A DNA stretch of 38,638 nucleotides from a virus. The position numbers and the translations under genes are program-made. The notes beneath the pieces are model-generated. The model was not told the origin of the DNA. It saw nothing but the letters and a program-made list of their open reading frames with translations, and searched no databases. Position 1 is the stretch's first letter, and each line of letters begins with the position of its first letter. The DNA is taken from UHGV virus genome UHGV-0037385. One strand, 5' to 3'. Below, piece by piece: positions 15,867-24,368 of this stretch.

Positions 15867-16132
15867 AAAGAAGTACAGACACACGCTGGAGTCCTGCAGA
15901 GATCCAGCAGAACCAAAAAGAACATTATGCTGCTATGGCAGAACATCAGACGGATCAGAAAGCCAGCAAGGACTTTCATCGTCCGGCATACCAAGCAGGC
16001 AATCTGATCAAAGCACAGGGGCAGCAGTTGTGGCATGGAGATGTTACTGGATATATAGCCAGAAAATACAAGATAGGGAGTGATACCATTGGAGACAATG
16101 ACGAAGGAGAGGCTGGAAGCATACAGAAATAA
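15863..16132 (+). CDS. Hypothetical protein.
   Basis: The GTG start overlaps the previous stop (CAGTGAAA). It is 89 aa. Confidence 0.35.
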   Translation: MKRSTDTRWSPAEIQQNQKEHYAAMAEHQTDQKASKDFHRPAYQAGNLIKAQGQQLWHGDVTGYIARKYKIGSDTIGDNDEGEAGSIQK

Positions 16133-16526
16133 CAAGACAGAAATATTGTCATTGAAATATATTTTAAATAACCGATGGCAATCAGAAACAATGATAGGGA
16201 ATGATGTGATTTTAGATTATAGCAAAGGATATCCAATTCCACAGAGTATTATTGGCTTTGATCAAGAAAAGTATGAGAGGCTTCAGGAGCGTGATCTGAA
16301 GAGAAAAGAGCGTCTTGAGAAGGAGTGTGAAGAAGTGGAGAAATTTGTTGAAGACATAGAAGACACACAATTACATAGTATTTTCAGAATGTATTACATA
16401 GATGGTGTTCATCCGGTAAACCAGATGCAGGTAGCGGAACAGATGCATCTGGAGAGAAGCACAATCAGCAAGAAAATAGACAAGTATCTTCAACTTTCAC
16501 ACAAATCACATCAATCACAGTTATAA
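16080..16526 (+). CDS. ArpU/RinA-like phage late-gene transcriptional activator with a sigma-70 region-4-like HTH.
   Basis: The C-terminal HTH reads PVNQMQVAEQMHLERSTISKKIDKYLQ. It is about 145 aa and lies immediately upstream of the packaging genes. The true start is probably TTG 16089 (8 nt after GGGAG) or ATG 16098. Confidence 0.6.
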   Translation: MIPLETMTKERLEAYRNNKTEILSLKYILNNRWQSETMIGNDVILDYSKGYPIPQSIIGFDQEKYERLQERDLKRKERLEKECEEVEKFVEDIEDTQLHSIFRMYYIDGVHPVNQMQVAEQMHLERSTISKKIDKYLQLSHKSHQSQL

Positions 16527-16592
16527 TGATAATTGAGCCAAAGGCGGAAAACCGACGGCTCGTTAAAACTCCATAGACAAAAACCTAGAGAG

Positions 16593-16620
16593 GACAACCT
16601 GGCGACAGGTTGTCTTTTTC
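16593..16620 (+). terminator. Rho-independent terminator: GACAACCTG, loop GCGA, CAGGTTGTC, then TTTTT.
   Basis: A perfect 9-bp stem and a 4-nt loop are followed by a T-run, directly after the ArpU-like gene. Confidence 0.75.
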
Positions 16621-16621
16621 G

Positions 16622-16650
16622 TTGCACAATGTTGAAAATAGGGATATAAT
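16622..16650 (+). promoter_or_regulatory. Sigma-70 promoter TTGCAC-17 bp-TATAAT.
   Basis: TTGCAC occupies 16622-16627 and TATAAT 16645-16650 with a 17-bp spacer. It is about 50 nt upstream of the gene at 16699. Confidence 0.6.
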
Positions 16651-16698
16651 GAATGTAGGTGTAGTGCTTTAAGGATTGGGCGGATAGGAGATAGGAAA

Positions 16699-16986
16699 AT
16701 GAATAAGGAATTAATTGAATCATTATCACTTCCAGCGAGTGAAATGATGAAAGGAGTAATAGTTTCGGCTATAGTGATTATAGCGTACATGGTAATATTA
16801 TTTATAGGGAGTAAGTATCAAAAAGTTGATTGTATTCAAAAAATAGCAAATATATTAGCTGCGTTTGCAGTATGGATAGAATTGTTATTTGGGGATATGT
16901 ATGAGTTGTTCGGAAATCACGATTTGACATATTTTTTGATAGCAGGAACATTAATTACATTAATTAATACTATGTGGTCGAAGTAA
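16699..16986 (+). CDS. Small integral membrane protein with 3 predicted transmembrane helices. It has its own promoter and terminator, a moron.
   Basis: 95 aa with three hydrophobic helices. A GGATAGGAGATAGGA Shine-Dalgarno precedes it. It is bounded by a terminator and promoter upstream and a terminator downstream. Confidence 0.55.
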   Translation: MNKELIESLSLPASEMMKGVIVSAIVIIAYMVILFIGSKYQKVDCIQKIANILAAFAVWIELLFGDMYELFGNHDLTYFLIAGTLITLINTMWSK

Positions 16987-16993
16987 TTGTTTG

Positions 16994-17018
16994 AAGGCAC
17001 CCTCCGGGGTGCTTTTCT
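16994..17018 (+). terminator. Rho-independent terminator: GCACCC, loop TCCG, GGGTGC, then TTTTCT.
   Basis: A 6-7-bp GC-rich stem and 4-nt loop are followed by a T-run. The conserved motif TAATACCCAAAAT follows. Confidence 0.65.
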
Positions 17019-17033
17019 AATACCCAAAATCTT

Positions 17034-17105
17034 GGACCATTAGTTCAGTGGTAGAACATTCGCCTCATAAGCGAAATGTCGTAGGTTCGATCCCTGCATG
17101 GTCCA
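17034..17105 (+). tRNA. tRNA with a CAT anticodon: elongator tRNA-Met or lysidine-modified tRNA-Ile2. It is not an initiator, because G1 pairs with C72.
   Basis: The cloverleaf folds by eye: acceptor GGACCAT / ATGGTCC, D-arm GTTC-AGTGGTA-GAAC, anticodon arm TTCGC-CTCATAA-GCGAA, and T-arm GTAGG-TTCGATC-CCTGC with canonical GTTCGATC. The CCA end is not encoded. Confidence 0.85.
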
Positions 17106-17121
17106 TCAATAATAAACAGGA

Positions 17122-17634
17122 ATGGAAGGTGGTGAAGTGGCAGGTTATGAAAACATAAGAGATAAAGGATTTGATAAGCGAAGTACGGAAGAACTACGGG
17201 AAATACAATCCCGTGGAGGTAAGAAAAGTGGCGAAGTAAGACGTAGGAAGGCAGACTTCCGGAAGACGTTGAACCTGCTGCTTACTGCGGAAATAGATAA
17301 TGAAGAATGGAAGCCGGTTTTAGAGTCGCTTGGTGTTGAGTGTACTCTGGAATCGGCTTTGCTTATGGCTCAGATCAAGGAGGCAATGCGGGGAAATACA
17401 AAGGCTGCATATTTTGTTGCCCAGTATGCTGGACAGAATGCACAGACTGCTGCGGATGATAAAGAACAGCAACGCAGGACAGAACGGATGGAAGCTGATA
17501 CAGAGAAAATTCGTAGAAGCTCTGGAAATGCTGAGAATGAGGATGAAGGAGTAGAGATTATAAATGATGCGCCAGAAGAAACAAGTCAGGATATCGGATA
17601 TAGTGATTCCGAAGTACCTGCCGATATTCAATAA
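17122..17634 (+). CDS. terS: Terminase small subunit.
   Basis: 170 aa. It lies immediately upstream of and overlaps terL. The motif GNTKAAYFVAQ is typical of Firmicutes phage TerS proteins. It has an acidic C-terminus. Confidence 0.6.
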   Translation: MEGGEVAGYENIRDKGFDKRSTEELREIQSRGGKKSGEVRRRKADFRKTLNLLLTAEIDNEEWKPVLESLGVECTLESALLMAQIKEAMRGNTKAAYFVAQYAGQNAQTAADDKEQQRRTERMEADTEKIRRSSGNAENEDEGVEIINDAPEETSQDIGYSDSEVPADIQ

Positions 17635-18970
17635 CCGAAGTATCAAGCATATCATCCTGACATCTGGTCGTGCCGGGACGAAATCCAGTTATGCAGCTAT
17701 CAGGTCAGATTATCAACTTGTATCAGATGCCAATGGCTCTGTGGTTGTGCTGCGTAAGCATCATAACAAGCTGCGGAAAACAGTTTACAAGGAGATGCTC
17801 CGAGGAATCAACCGTTTGGAGATTTCGAAAAGTAAGTTCCGGATCACAAAGTCTCCAATGGAGATCACTTATAAGAAGTATGGAACAACGATGTATTTTG
17901 CCGGATCAGATGGCATTGATGATACGAAAGGTATTATTGATGAGGATAAACCGATCAAGTTGGTTGTGCTAGACGAGTTGACAGAATTCTTTGATGACGG
18001 TGAGGGTGAGGATGAGTTAAGTAATATCGAAGCTACTTTCGTTCGTGGAAATAAAGGTGGTTTCCAAATGATTTATCTGTATAACCCACCGAAGAATCCA
18101 AATGCACCGATCAACCAGTGGTGTAAGAAGATGGAAAAACGTCCTGACTGCGTACATATCCATACAGATTACAGAGATGTACCTGCTGCCTGGCTGGGAC
18201 CGGATTTGATTGCTTCGGCCAAGGCAATGGAGGTTGCTGATCCGAAAATGTACAGATGGGTTTGGCTTGGAGAATCAGTAGGAGTAGATGAGCTGATTTA
18301 TTACATGTTCGGAGAAAGGCACAGACAGAAACCGGATCCAGATAGAAGATACGGAAGAATCTACATTGGTGGTGACTATGGACAGCAGAATGCAACAACA
18401 TTTCAGGCATTTGGTCTTGATACTTACAGAAAGAAGTTTCCAGGACTTGGAGAGTATTATCACAGTGGTCGAGAGACTGGAAAACAGAAAAGTCCGTCAG
18501 AATATGCGCAGGATCTGGTTGAGTTCATGAATGAGCTGCATGAACAGTATGAGAACCGGATTTTTTATATTTTTCTGGACCCATCTGCCAAAGGTCTGGC
18601 GGAAGAGGTGAAGAGAGCTACCAGTAACGGATTGGATTATCAGGTATTTCTGCGGGATGCGGAAAATGATGTGGCTCTGGGAATCAGCCGGGTACAGAAG
18701 GTACTGGTATTTGATATCCTGTCGATTTCTCCGAAGCAGGAATATGCGGTGCAGGAGTTTGGAACATACGAGTATGATAAAAAATCCATCGAAAAGGGAA
18801 AAGAAGTGCCAGTGAAAGAAAGTGATCACTGCATGGACGCAATCCGTTATGTGGTTATGGGAGCCTGGAGCAAGATCAAACATTGGCTGCCCTTAGATAC
18901 AGTCGGAGATAACGTGAGTGTAGGCGATATCAGCAGCACGGAGGTGAGAGAAGAGGATGAATATCTTTAA
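17564..18970 (+). CDS. terL: Terminase large subunit (PBSX / Terminase_3-like ATPase-nuclease).
   Basis: 468 aa. It has a Walker-A-like ILTSGRAGTKS, an ATPase core and a C-terminal nuclease. It sits between terS and the portal gene. Confidence 0.8.
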   Translation: MMRQKKQVRISDIVIPKYLPIFNNRSIKHIILTSGRAGTKSSYAAIRSDYQLVSDANGSVVVLRKHHNKLRKTVYKEMLRGINRLEISKSKFRITKSPMEITYKKYGTTMYFAGSDGIDDTKGIIDEDKPIKLVVLDELTEFFDDGEGEDELSNIEATFVRGNKGGFQMIYLYNPPKNPNAPINQWCKKMEKRPDCVHIHTDYRDVPAAWLGPDLIASAKAMEVADPKMYRWVWLGESVGVDELIYYMFGERHRQKPDPDRRYGRIYIGGDYGQQNATTFQAFGLDTYRKKFPGLGEYYHSGRETGKQKSPSEYAQDLVEFMNELHEQYENRIFYIFLDPSAKGLAEEVKRATSNGLDYQVFLRDAENDVALGISRVQKVLVFDILSISPKQEYAVQEFGTYEYDKKSIEKGKEVPVKESDHCMDAIRYVVMGAWSKIKHWLPLDTVGDNVSVGDISSTEVREEDEYL

Positions 18971-20372
18971 TTATTTCAGAAAGAAGGGAATCGATACGGT
19001 AGATGCTTCATTCTATCGTAAGATTGATGAGTGGATCAGCTGGTACAATTCCAATGTCCGGCAGTTTACATTTTACAAGGTATATACCGGACGCGGTACA
19101 AGTAAACGATGCCGCAGAAAGAGCATGGGAATGGCAAAGAAGCTGTCTGAAGACATTGCAGATCTGCTTCTGAACGAGAGAGTTATGATTACACTGGAAG
19201 ACGAAGCAACACAGGAATTTGTACAGAAGGTTCTAGATAATAATCATTTTCTGGTTATGGGAAATGATTACCAGGAACGGAAGGCGTATTCTGGAACAGT
19301 GGCGTATATTCCTTATCTGTATAATGCGGTTGTACAGGAAGACGGAACGATATCGGCAGGGGAGATTGGGATCAACTATGTGGATGCCAAGAACATTTAT
19401 CCGGTCAGTTGGAATAACGGAGAGGTTACGGAGTGCATTTTTACGTTTGTACACACAGTTCGCCAGAAGAAATACGTGCAGATCCAGTTCCACCGAATTG
19501 AAGAAAATGGAATGTATGTGATAGAGAACAGCGTCTTGGAATGCACGAAAGGTAGTACGGAGGGACGTGAACTGACAGAGCAGGAATGGAAACAGCTGAA
19601 ACCATTTGTGAATCTGGCCGCCAGAACAGAGACTGGTTCTACAGAACCGCAGTTTGTTATCGACAGACTGAATATCACAAACAATGCAGCTGAGTGCAAT
19701 CCAATGGGAATTGCGATTTTTGCAAATGCAATCGATACTCTGAAAAAGCTGGACATGGAATTTGATTCTTACTGCAACGAGTTTGATCTTGGAAGAAAAA
19801 GAATCTTTGTTGCTCCAGAAATGCTGACGAACGAAGATGGATCTCCAACCTTTGATCCAGATGACAGCGTGTTCTATTCGCTTCCGGAAGATTACGATAA
19901 GAACCAGACTGGTCTGATCAAAGAAGTGGACATGAGTCTTCGGGTAGAGCAGCACAGCAAGGCAATCAATGATGATCTGAATTATCTGTCTCTGAAATGT
20001 GGATTCGGTACAGAAAGATACCGGTTTGATGGGGCAGGAGTAAAGACTGCGACAGAGATCATTTCTGAGAACTCAGATATGTACCGGATGCTGAAAAAGC
20101 ATGAGACGATTCTGGAAGATGTCCTGGAGCGGCTGATCAGAATCATTATCCGACTCGGGATTGTGACAGGGAACGCACTGGATATAAATACAGATATTGT
20201 GATTGCTTTTGACGATTCTATTATCGAGGATAAAGGCGCAGAGCGGCAGCAGGACCGTCAGGATGTCAGCATGGGAGTGATGCGGCATGAAGAATACCGT
20301 GCAAAATGGTATGGAGAGACCGTGGAGCAAGCAAGGCAAAATCTACCGGAGCAGAATCAGGTGATGGAATAA
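18957..20372 (+). CDS. Portal protein (SPP1 gp6-like).
   Basis: 471 aa, directly after terL. The size and position support the call. Confidence 0.75.
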   Translation: MNIFNYFRKKGIDTVDASFYRKIDEWISWYNSNVRQFTFYKVYTGRGTSKRCRRKSMGMAKKLSEDIADLLLNERVMITLEDEATQEFVQKVLDNNHFLVMGNDYQERKAYSGTVAYIPYLYNAVVQEDGTISAGEIGINYVDAKNIYPVSWNNGEVTECIFTFVHTVRQKKYVQIQFHRIEENGMYVIENSVLECTKGSTEGRELTEQEWKQLKPFVNLAARTETGSTEPQFVIDRLNITNNAAECNPMGIAIFANAIDTLKKLDMEFDSYCNEFDLGRKRIFVAPEMLTNEDGSPTFDPDDSVFYSLPEDYDKNQTGLIKEVDMSLRVEQHSKAINDDLNYLSLKCGFGTERYRFDGAGVKTATEIISENSDMYRMLKKHETILEDVLERLIRIIIRLGIVTGNALDINTDIVIAFDDSIIEDKGAERQQDRQDVSMGVMRHEEYRAKWYGETVEQARQNLPEQNQVME

Positions 20373-20373
20373 T

Positions 20374-22050
20374 ATGCGAGATGATTACAAGAATCAGATG
20401 GCCAGTAAGATTGCTGGAAGATATCAAGATTTAGAACTCCGAATCATGAAGGATATTGTCCGGCGAATCAAGAAAACCGGAAAGATTACAAGCGCAGCAG
20501 ACTGGGAGATTAATAGGCTACGGATTTTAGGATATTCTTCAGAGGATATTGAACGAGAAATCAAGAAGACATTGAATGCTTCTTATCCAGAAATGTTTGA
20601 GTTGTATGATAAGGTGATTGATTGGGAATATGTCAGGAATAAGGATATATATGAACAAATCAACGTAGAGCACATACCATTTGACCAGAACGAGCAACTT
20701 AAACAGATCACAGATGCAATTATTGATCAAAGTTTTGCAGATATGGAAAATATAACAAATTCGCTCGGTTTTTACTTAGATTATGGAGATGGTAAAAAGG
20801 TTATAACACCACTGGTGCAGGTTTATACAAATTATCTTGATTCAGCATGTTTCGATATTGTAACCGGAGCATTCGATTACAACAGTGTGTTGCGTAGAGT
20901 TGTGACTCAGCTCACCAATAGTGGACTTCGACAGATCGATTATTCCTCCGGAAGAGCCAATCGGGTTGATGTAGCTGCAAGGAGAGCTGTCATGACGGCA
21001 GTCAGCCAGATTACCGGAAAGATATCAGAGTACAATGCAAAAAAGCTTGGAACAGAATATTTCGAAGTTGAGTGGCATTCCGGAGCACGTCCAACTCATT
21101 CCGTGTGGCAGGGAAGAGTTTGGAAGGAAGAACAGTTGTATTCGGTATGTGGTCTTGGAACAGTAACGGGTCTCTTGGGTGCTAACTGTTATCATACATA
21201 TTATCCGTTCTTTCCTGGTATATCTGAGCGTAATTGGTCTGATGATTGGTTGGACGCAAAGAATGAGGAAGAGGCAGAACCTAAGATATTTGCAGGCAAG
21301 AAATATACTCTGTATGAAGCAAAGCAGAGACAGCGTCAGATGGAAACAGCAATGCGAGCACAGCGTGAAAAAGTGTGTTTACTGCAACATGGTGGCGCTG
21401 ATCCGAATGAAGTAATACTTCAAAAAGCAAAATATCAAGGACAGCTTAATGAGTATTCCAGATTCTGCCGGAAGATGAGCCTTACAGAAGAACGTGAGCG
21501 TATCTATCTGGATATGCGTGGAAGAATAGCAACTAATTCGAAGCAACAGAATTCTATGTTTCCACCGGAGATGATTCAAAATGCATCAAGTGATATTGCT
21601 CAGTATAAGAAATACAAGGAAATTCTGGGAGATTCTATCGGATCACTTGTAAAGTTTGGTCAGTTAAAATATAATGATAGTGAGAAATGGGAAAAGGTTC
21701 AAAGCAAATTTTTCACATATCTTGAGATTGACAAGAAAGATTGGTCTCAAGAGTTCAAGATTAAATCCAAACAAGCATATGATAGATTCAGAGAGCAAGG
21801 AGAAGAATTATCAGTTCATGCTTTGAGTCGATTGCCAAGATTGAATAAGCCAGGATATGAAGTGATTCACGAAAAAGATGTTCTCGAGCTGGTAAAAACA
21901 AAGTCGAATTATTCTGAAGGAGAAGAAAAAATAATTTGGTTCAGTCCAAGCAAACAGCTTGTAGTTATAAAAAATAAAAACTCTGGTGATATAGTTAGTA
22001 TTGTTCGGAGAAAAAACAAGAAGGAAGGATGGACAGATGCAGGTTTTTAG
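20374..22050 (+). CDS. Minor capsid / head-morphogenesis protein of the Phage_Mu_F (SPP1 gp7) family with a C-terminal extension of about 150 aa.
   Basis: The MuF core reads EVEWHSGARPTHSVWQGRVW, with the conserved distal helix TLYEAKQRQRQMETAMRAQ. The last 150 aa or so are unrelated to the MuF core. Confidence 0.75.
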   Translation: MRDDYKNQMASKIAGRYQDLELRIMKDIVRRIKKTGKITSAADWEINRLRILGYSSEDIEREIKKTLNASYPEMFELYDKVIDWEYVRNKDIYEQINVEHIPFDQNEQLKQITDAIIDQSFADMENITNSLGFYLDYGDGKKVITPLVQVYTNYLDSACFDIVTGAFDYNSVLRRVVTQLTNSGLRQIDYSSGRANRVDVAARRAVMTAVSQITGKISEYNAKKLGTEYFEVEWHSGARPTHSVWQGRVWKEEQLYSVCGLGTVTGLLGANCYHTYYPFFPGISERNWSDDWLDAKNEEEAEPKIFAGKKYTLYEAKQRQRQMETAMRAQREKVCLLQHGGADPNEVILQKAKYQGQLNEYSRFCRKMSLTEERERIYLDMRGRIATNSKQQNSMFPPEMIQNASSDIAQYKKYKEILGDSIGSLVKFGQLKYNDSEKWEKVQSKFFTYLEIDKKDWSQEFKIKSKQAYDRFREQGEELSVHALSRLPRLNKPGYEVIHEKDVLELVKTKSNYSEGEEKIIWFSPSKQLVVIKNKNSGDIVSIVRRKNKKEGWTDAGF

Positions 22051-22309
22051 AAAATATATGAATTATATAAAGGATTTTCTTGAAAATACTCCAGAAGATA
22101 TATATGAGTTTTCTATTATCCTTGAAGATGCGTTAGTTGATGAGTATGATGCAATGCATGCGGAACAGCCGAGAGCAACTGAAATATTGGCAGAAGAAAC
22201 CCCGGACATTTGCGCATCAGCAGAACCGGGGATGAAACCAAAAGAAATTGAAGAATTCAAACGTAAATTGGAAATTGAATACAACAAAGCATTAAACGCA
22301 GTTGTGTAG
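22037..22309 (+). CDS. Small acidic protein downstream of the MuF-family gene, a candidate immunity or partner protein.
   Basis: The start was moved to ATG 22037 (GAAGGAAGGA Shine-Dalgarno) within track ORF 22001..22309. It is 90 aa. Confidence 0.4.
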   Translation: MQVFRKYMNYIKDFLENTPEDIYEFSIILEDALVDEYDAMHAEQPRATEILAEETPDICASAEPGMKPKEIEEFKRKLEIEYNKALNAVV

Positions 22310-22367
22310 CTACCACCAGTCAATATGGCCGGTGGTATTTTTGTACTCGTTTTCAGGAGGTGATCCA

Positions 22368-22655
22368 GTGATTGAAATAAGAATAGCTTCAAATAGTATC
22401 CACATGACGGGACATGCCTGCCGGAAAGGTGCAGACGGCATTGACAGGGTGTGTGCCGGAGTATCTGCACTTACCTGTAATCTGATCAATTCGCTCAGAG
22501 ACCTGACGGGAGACCGGATCAGAGCCGATACTGGAAGTGGAATAACGAGGATCGAGTGGGAGCAGCTCTCAGATAAAGGGAAGCTCCTGATTGATTCGTG
22601 GGTTCTTGGGTTGACGGATATCAACCGGGAATATAATTGCATAACATTTTTGTAA
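22368..22655 (+). CDS. prp: Prp-family cysteine protease (ribosomal-processing / phage prohead protease, DUF464).
   Basis: The Prp signature MTGHACRKGADGIDRVCAGVSALTCNLINSL carries His and Cys in the conserved context. The start is GTG 22368, which lies 6 nt after AGGAGGTG. Confidence 0.75.
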   Translation: MIEIRIASNSIHMTGHACRKGADGIDRVCAGVSALTCNLINSLRDLTGDRIRADTGSGITRIEWEQLSDKGKLLIDSWVLGLTDINREYNCITFL

Positions 22656-22656
22656 G

Positions 22657-22679
22657 AGACATCCTTTGGGATGTTTTTC
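22657..22679 (+). terminator. Rho-independent terminator: ACATCC, loop TTTG, GGATGT, then TTTTTCTT.
   Basis: A perfect 6-bp stem and 4-nt loop are followed by a T-run. The conserved motif TTATGCCCAAAAC follows. Confidence 0.6.
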
Positions 22680-22745
22680 TTATGCCCAAAACGTGAAGGC
22701 GTGAAAAGCTCGAGAGCCTGTCGAGGCAAAACGGAGGTAAGTACG

Positions 22746-23357
22746 ATGTACAAAAAAAGAATGATGTTACAGCTCTTTGAAGACGGCGCAGGAGCTGGCT
22801 CTGGTGGACAGGGCGGAAATGCCGGGACTGGAAACGGCAGCCAGGGATCTGCTGGAAATGCATCCGGAGCACATGGAACCGGAACATATACTTATGAACA
22901 GTTGGAAGAAATTGCAAGTTCACGAGCCAAGAAGTCTGAAAGAGTTGCATTGGCGAACTTCTTCAGGGGTCAGGGCATGACAGAAGAGGAAGTTACCCAG
23001 GCAATTACTAAATTTAAAATAGACAGAGCTGCGAATCAGCCCAATGTGGCACAGCTGCAGCAGGATCTGGAAGATTCAAGAAATGAAGTCCAGCAGATGA
23101 AGAACGAGAAGTTCTTATCCGGCAAAGGTGTCAAGGCTGATGATCTGGACTATGTGACTTACAAGGTTTCCAAAATGGTAGATGACAAAACGACATTTGA
23201 AAAGGCAGCAGAGAAGTTTTTAGAGGAGAATCCGAAATTTGCCGGTGGAGGTTCTTACCGGATTGCAGATTCTTCTGCGGGTAATGCCTCAAATGGTTCC
23301 GGTGGGAACATGAACGCTTCCATCAATGACCGGATCAGAGCTGCCGCGCGAAGATAA
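22746..23357 (+). CDS. Scaffolding protein.
   Basis: The start was moved to ATG 22746 (GGAGGT Shine-Dalgarno). It has a Gly/Ser-rich linker and a coiled-coil body. The N-terminus MYKKRMMLQLFEDGAG carries an L27-like Prp cleavage motif. It lies between prp and the major capsid gene. Confidence 0.65.
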   Translation: MYKKRMMLQLFEDGAGAGSGGQGGNAGTGNGSQGSAGNASGAHGTGTYTYEQLEEIASSRAKKSERVALANFFRGQGMTEEEVTQAITKFKIDRAANQPNVAQLQQDLEDSRNEVQQMKNEKFLSGKGVKADDLDYVTYKVSKMVDDKTTFEKAAEKFLEENPKFAGGGSYRIADSSAGNASNGSGGNMNASINDRIRAAARR

Positions 23358-23371
23358 CGGAGGTAGAGTAA

Positions 23372-24352
23372 ATGCAGAATAGAAGAATGAATTTAAGATT
23401 GTTTGACACAGATGCAAACATCATTGATCGTACCGGAGCAGAGGCTCTGATTCCAATTCAGGAATCCAATGAGATCATCCAGGGAACAATCGCACAGTCA
23501 GCTGTACTGTCAAGGGGGCGTAAGCTGGCAAACATGACAAGCAAGCAGTATAAAATGCCGGTACTGGATATGCTGCCGATTGCTTATTTTGTAAATGGTG
23601 ATAACGGACAGAAGAAAACTACGAAACAGGCATGGGATAAGAAATTTATCACTGCCGAAGAGATTGCAGTTATTGTTCCGATTCCGGAAGCAGTCCTGGA
23701 TGATTCCGAGTACGACATCTGGGGAGAGGTAAAGCCAAGAGTAACAGAGGCGTTTGGAAAGGTTATCGACAGTGCGGTATTATTTGGTGAAAATAAACCG
23801 TCTACATGGAGAGATGATGTGGTTGCAACCGCAACAAAGGCAAATGCTGTTATCACATTAGGAGCGGCTGACAGTCTGTATGACAAGATCATGGCAGAAG
23901 ACGGAGTGATTGCACACGTTGAAGACTGTGGATACTTTGTGAACGGCCATATGGCAGATATTTCCATGAGAGCTAAACTCAGAGGTCTGAAGAATACGAA
24001 TGGAGATCCACTGTTCAAACAGGATTTGCAGGGAACTACACAGTATGCACTTGATGGATCCCCAATGAACTTCCCAAACAACGGTGCGTTTGACAAAACA
24101 AAAGCTCTCATGATCTCCGGAGATTTCTCACAGCTTGTATATTCTATCCGTCAGGATATTACATTTAAGCTGTTCACAGAAGGTGTTGTCCAGAATACGG
24201 ACGGAACCATCGCATACAATCTTATGCAGAACGATATGGTTGCGCTTCGTGCAGTGATGCGTCTTGGATGGGAAATCCCGAACCCGATCAATTCACTGAA
24301 GACAGACAAGACCAAGAGATGTCCGTTTGCAGTTCTGAAATCCGGTGAGTAA
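23372..24352 (+). CDS. Major capsid protein (HK97-fold).
   Basis: 326 aa. The N-terminus MQNRRMNLRLFDTDAN carries a Prp-type cleavage motif. The position and size are typical. Confidence 0.8.
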   Translation: MQNRRMNLRLFDTDANIIDRTGAEALIPIQESNEIIQGTIAQSAVLSRGRKLANMTSKQYKMPVLDMLPIAYFVNGDNGQKKTTKQAWDKKFITAEEIAVIVPIPEAVLDDSEYDIWGEVKPRVTEAFGKVIDSAVLFGENKPSTWRDDVVATATKANAVITLGAADSLYDKIMAEDGVIAHVEDCGYFVNGHMADISMRAKLRGLKNTNGDPLFKQDLQGTTQYALDGSPMNFPNNGAFDKTKALMISGDFSQLVYSIRQDITFKLFTEGVVQNTDGTIAYNLMQNDMVALRAVMRLGWEIPNPINSLKTDKTKRCPFAVLKSGE

Positions 24353-24368
24353 GGGAAGGTGATGATCC

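Noticed and set aside
17564-17634. 71-nt overlap between terS and terL, as a possible mis-called start or a frameshift.
   Set aside because: The terL N-terminus (MMRQKKQVRISDIV...) is the conserved start of PBSX-type large terminases and has a ribosome-binding site. Overlapping terS/terL genes are common, so there is no need to invoke recoding.
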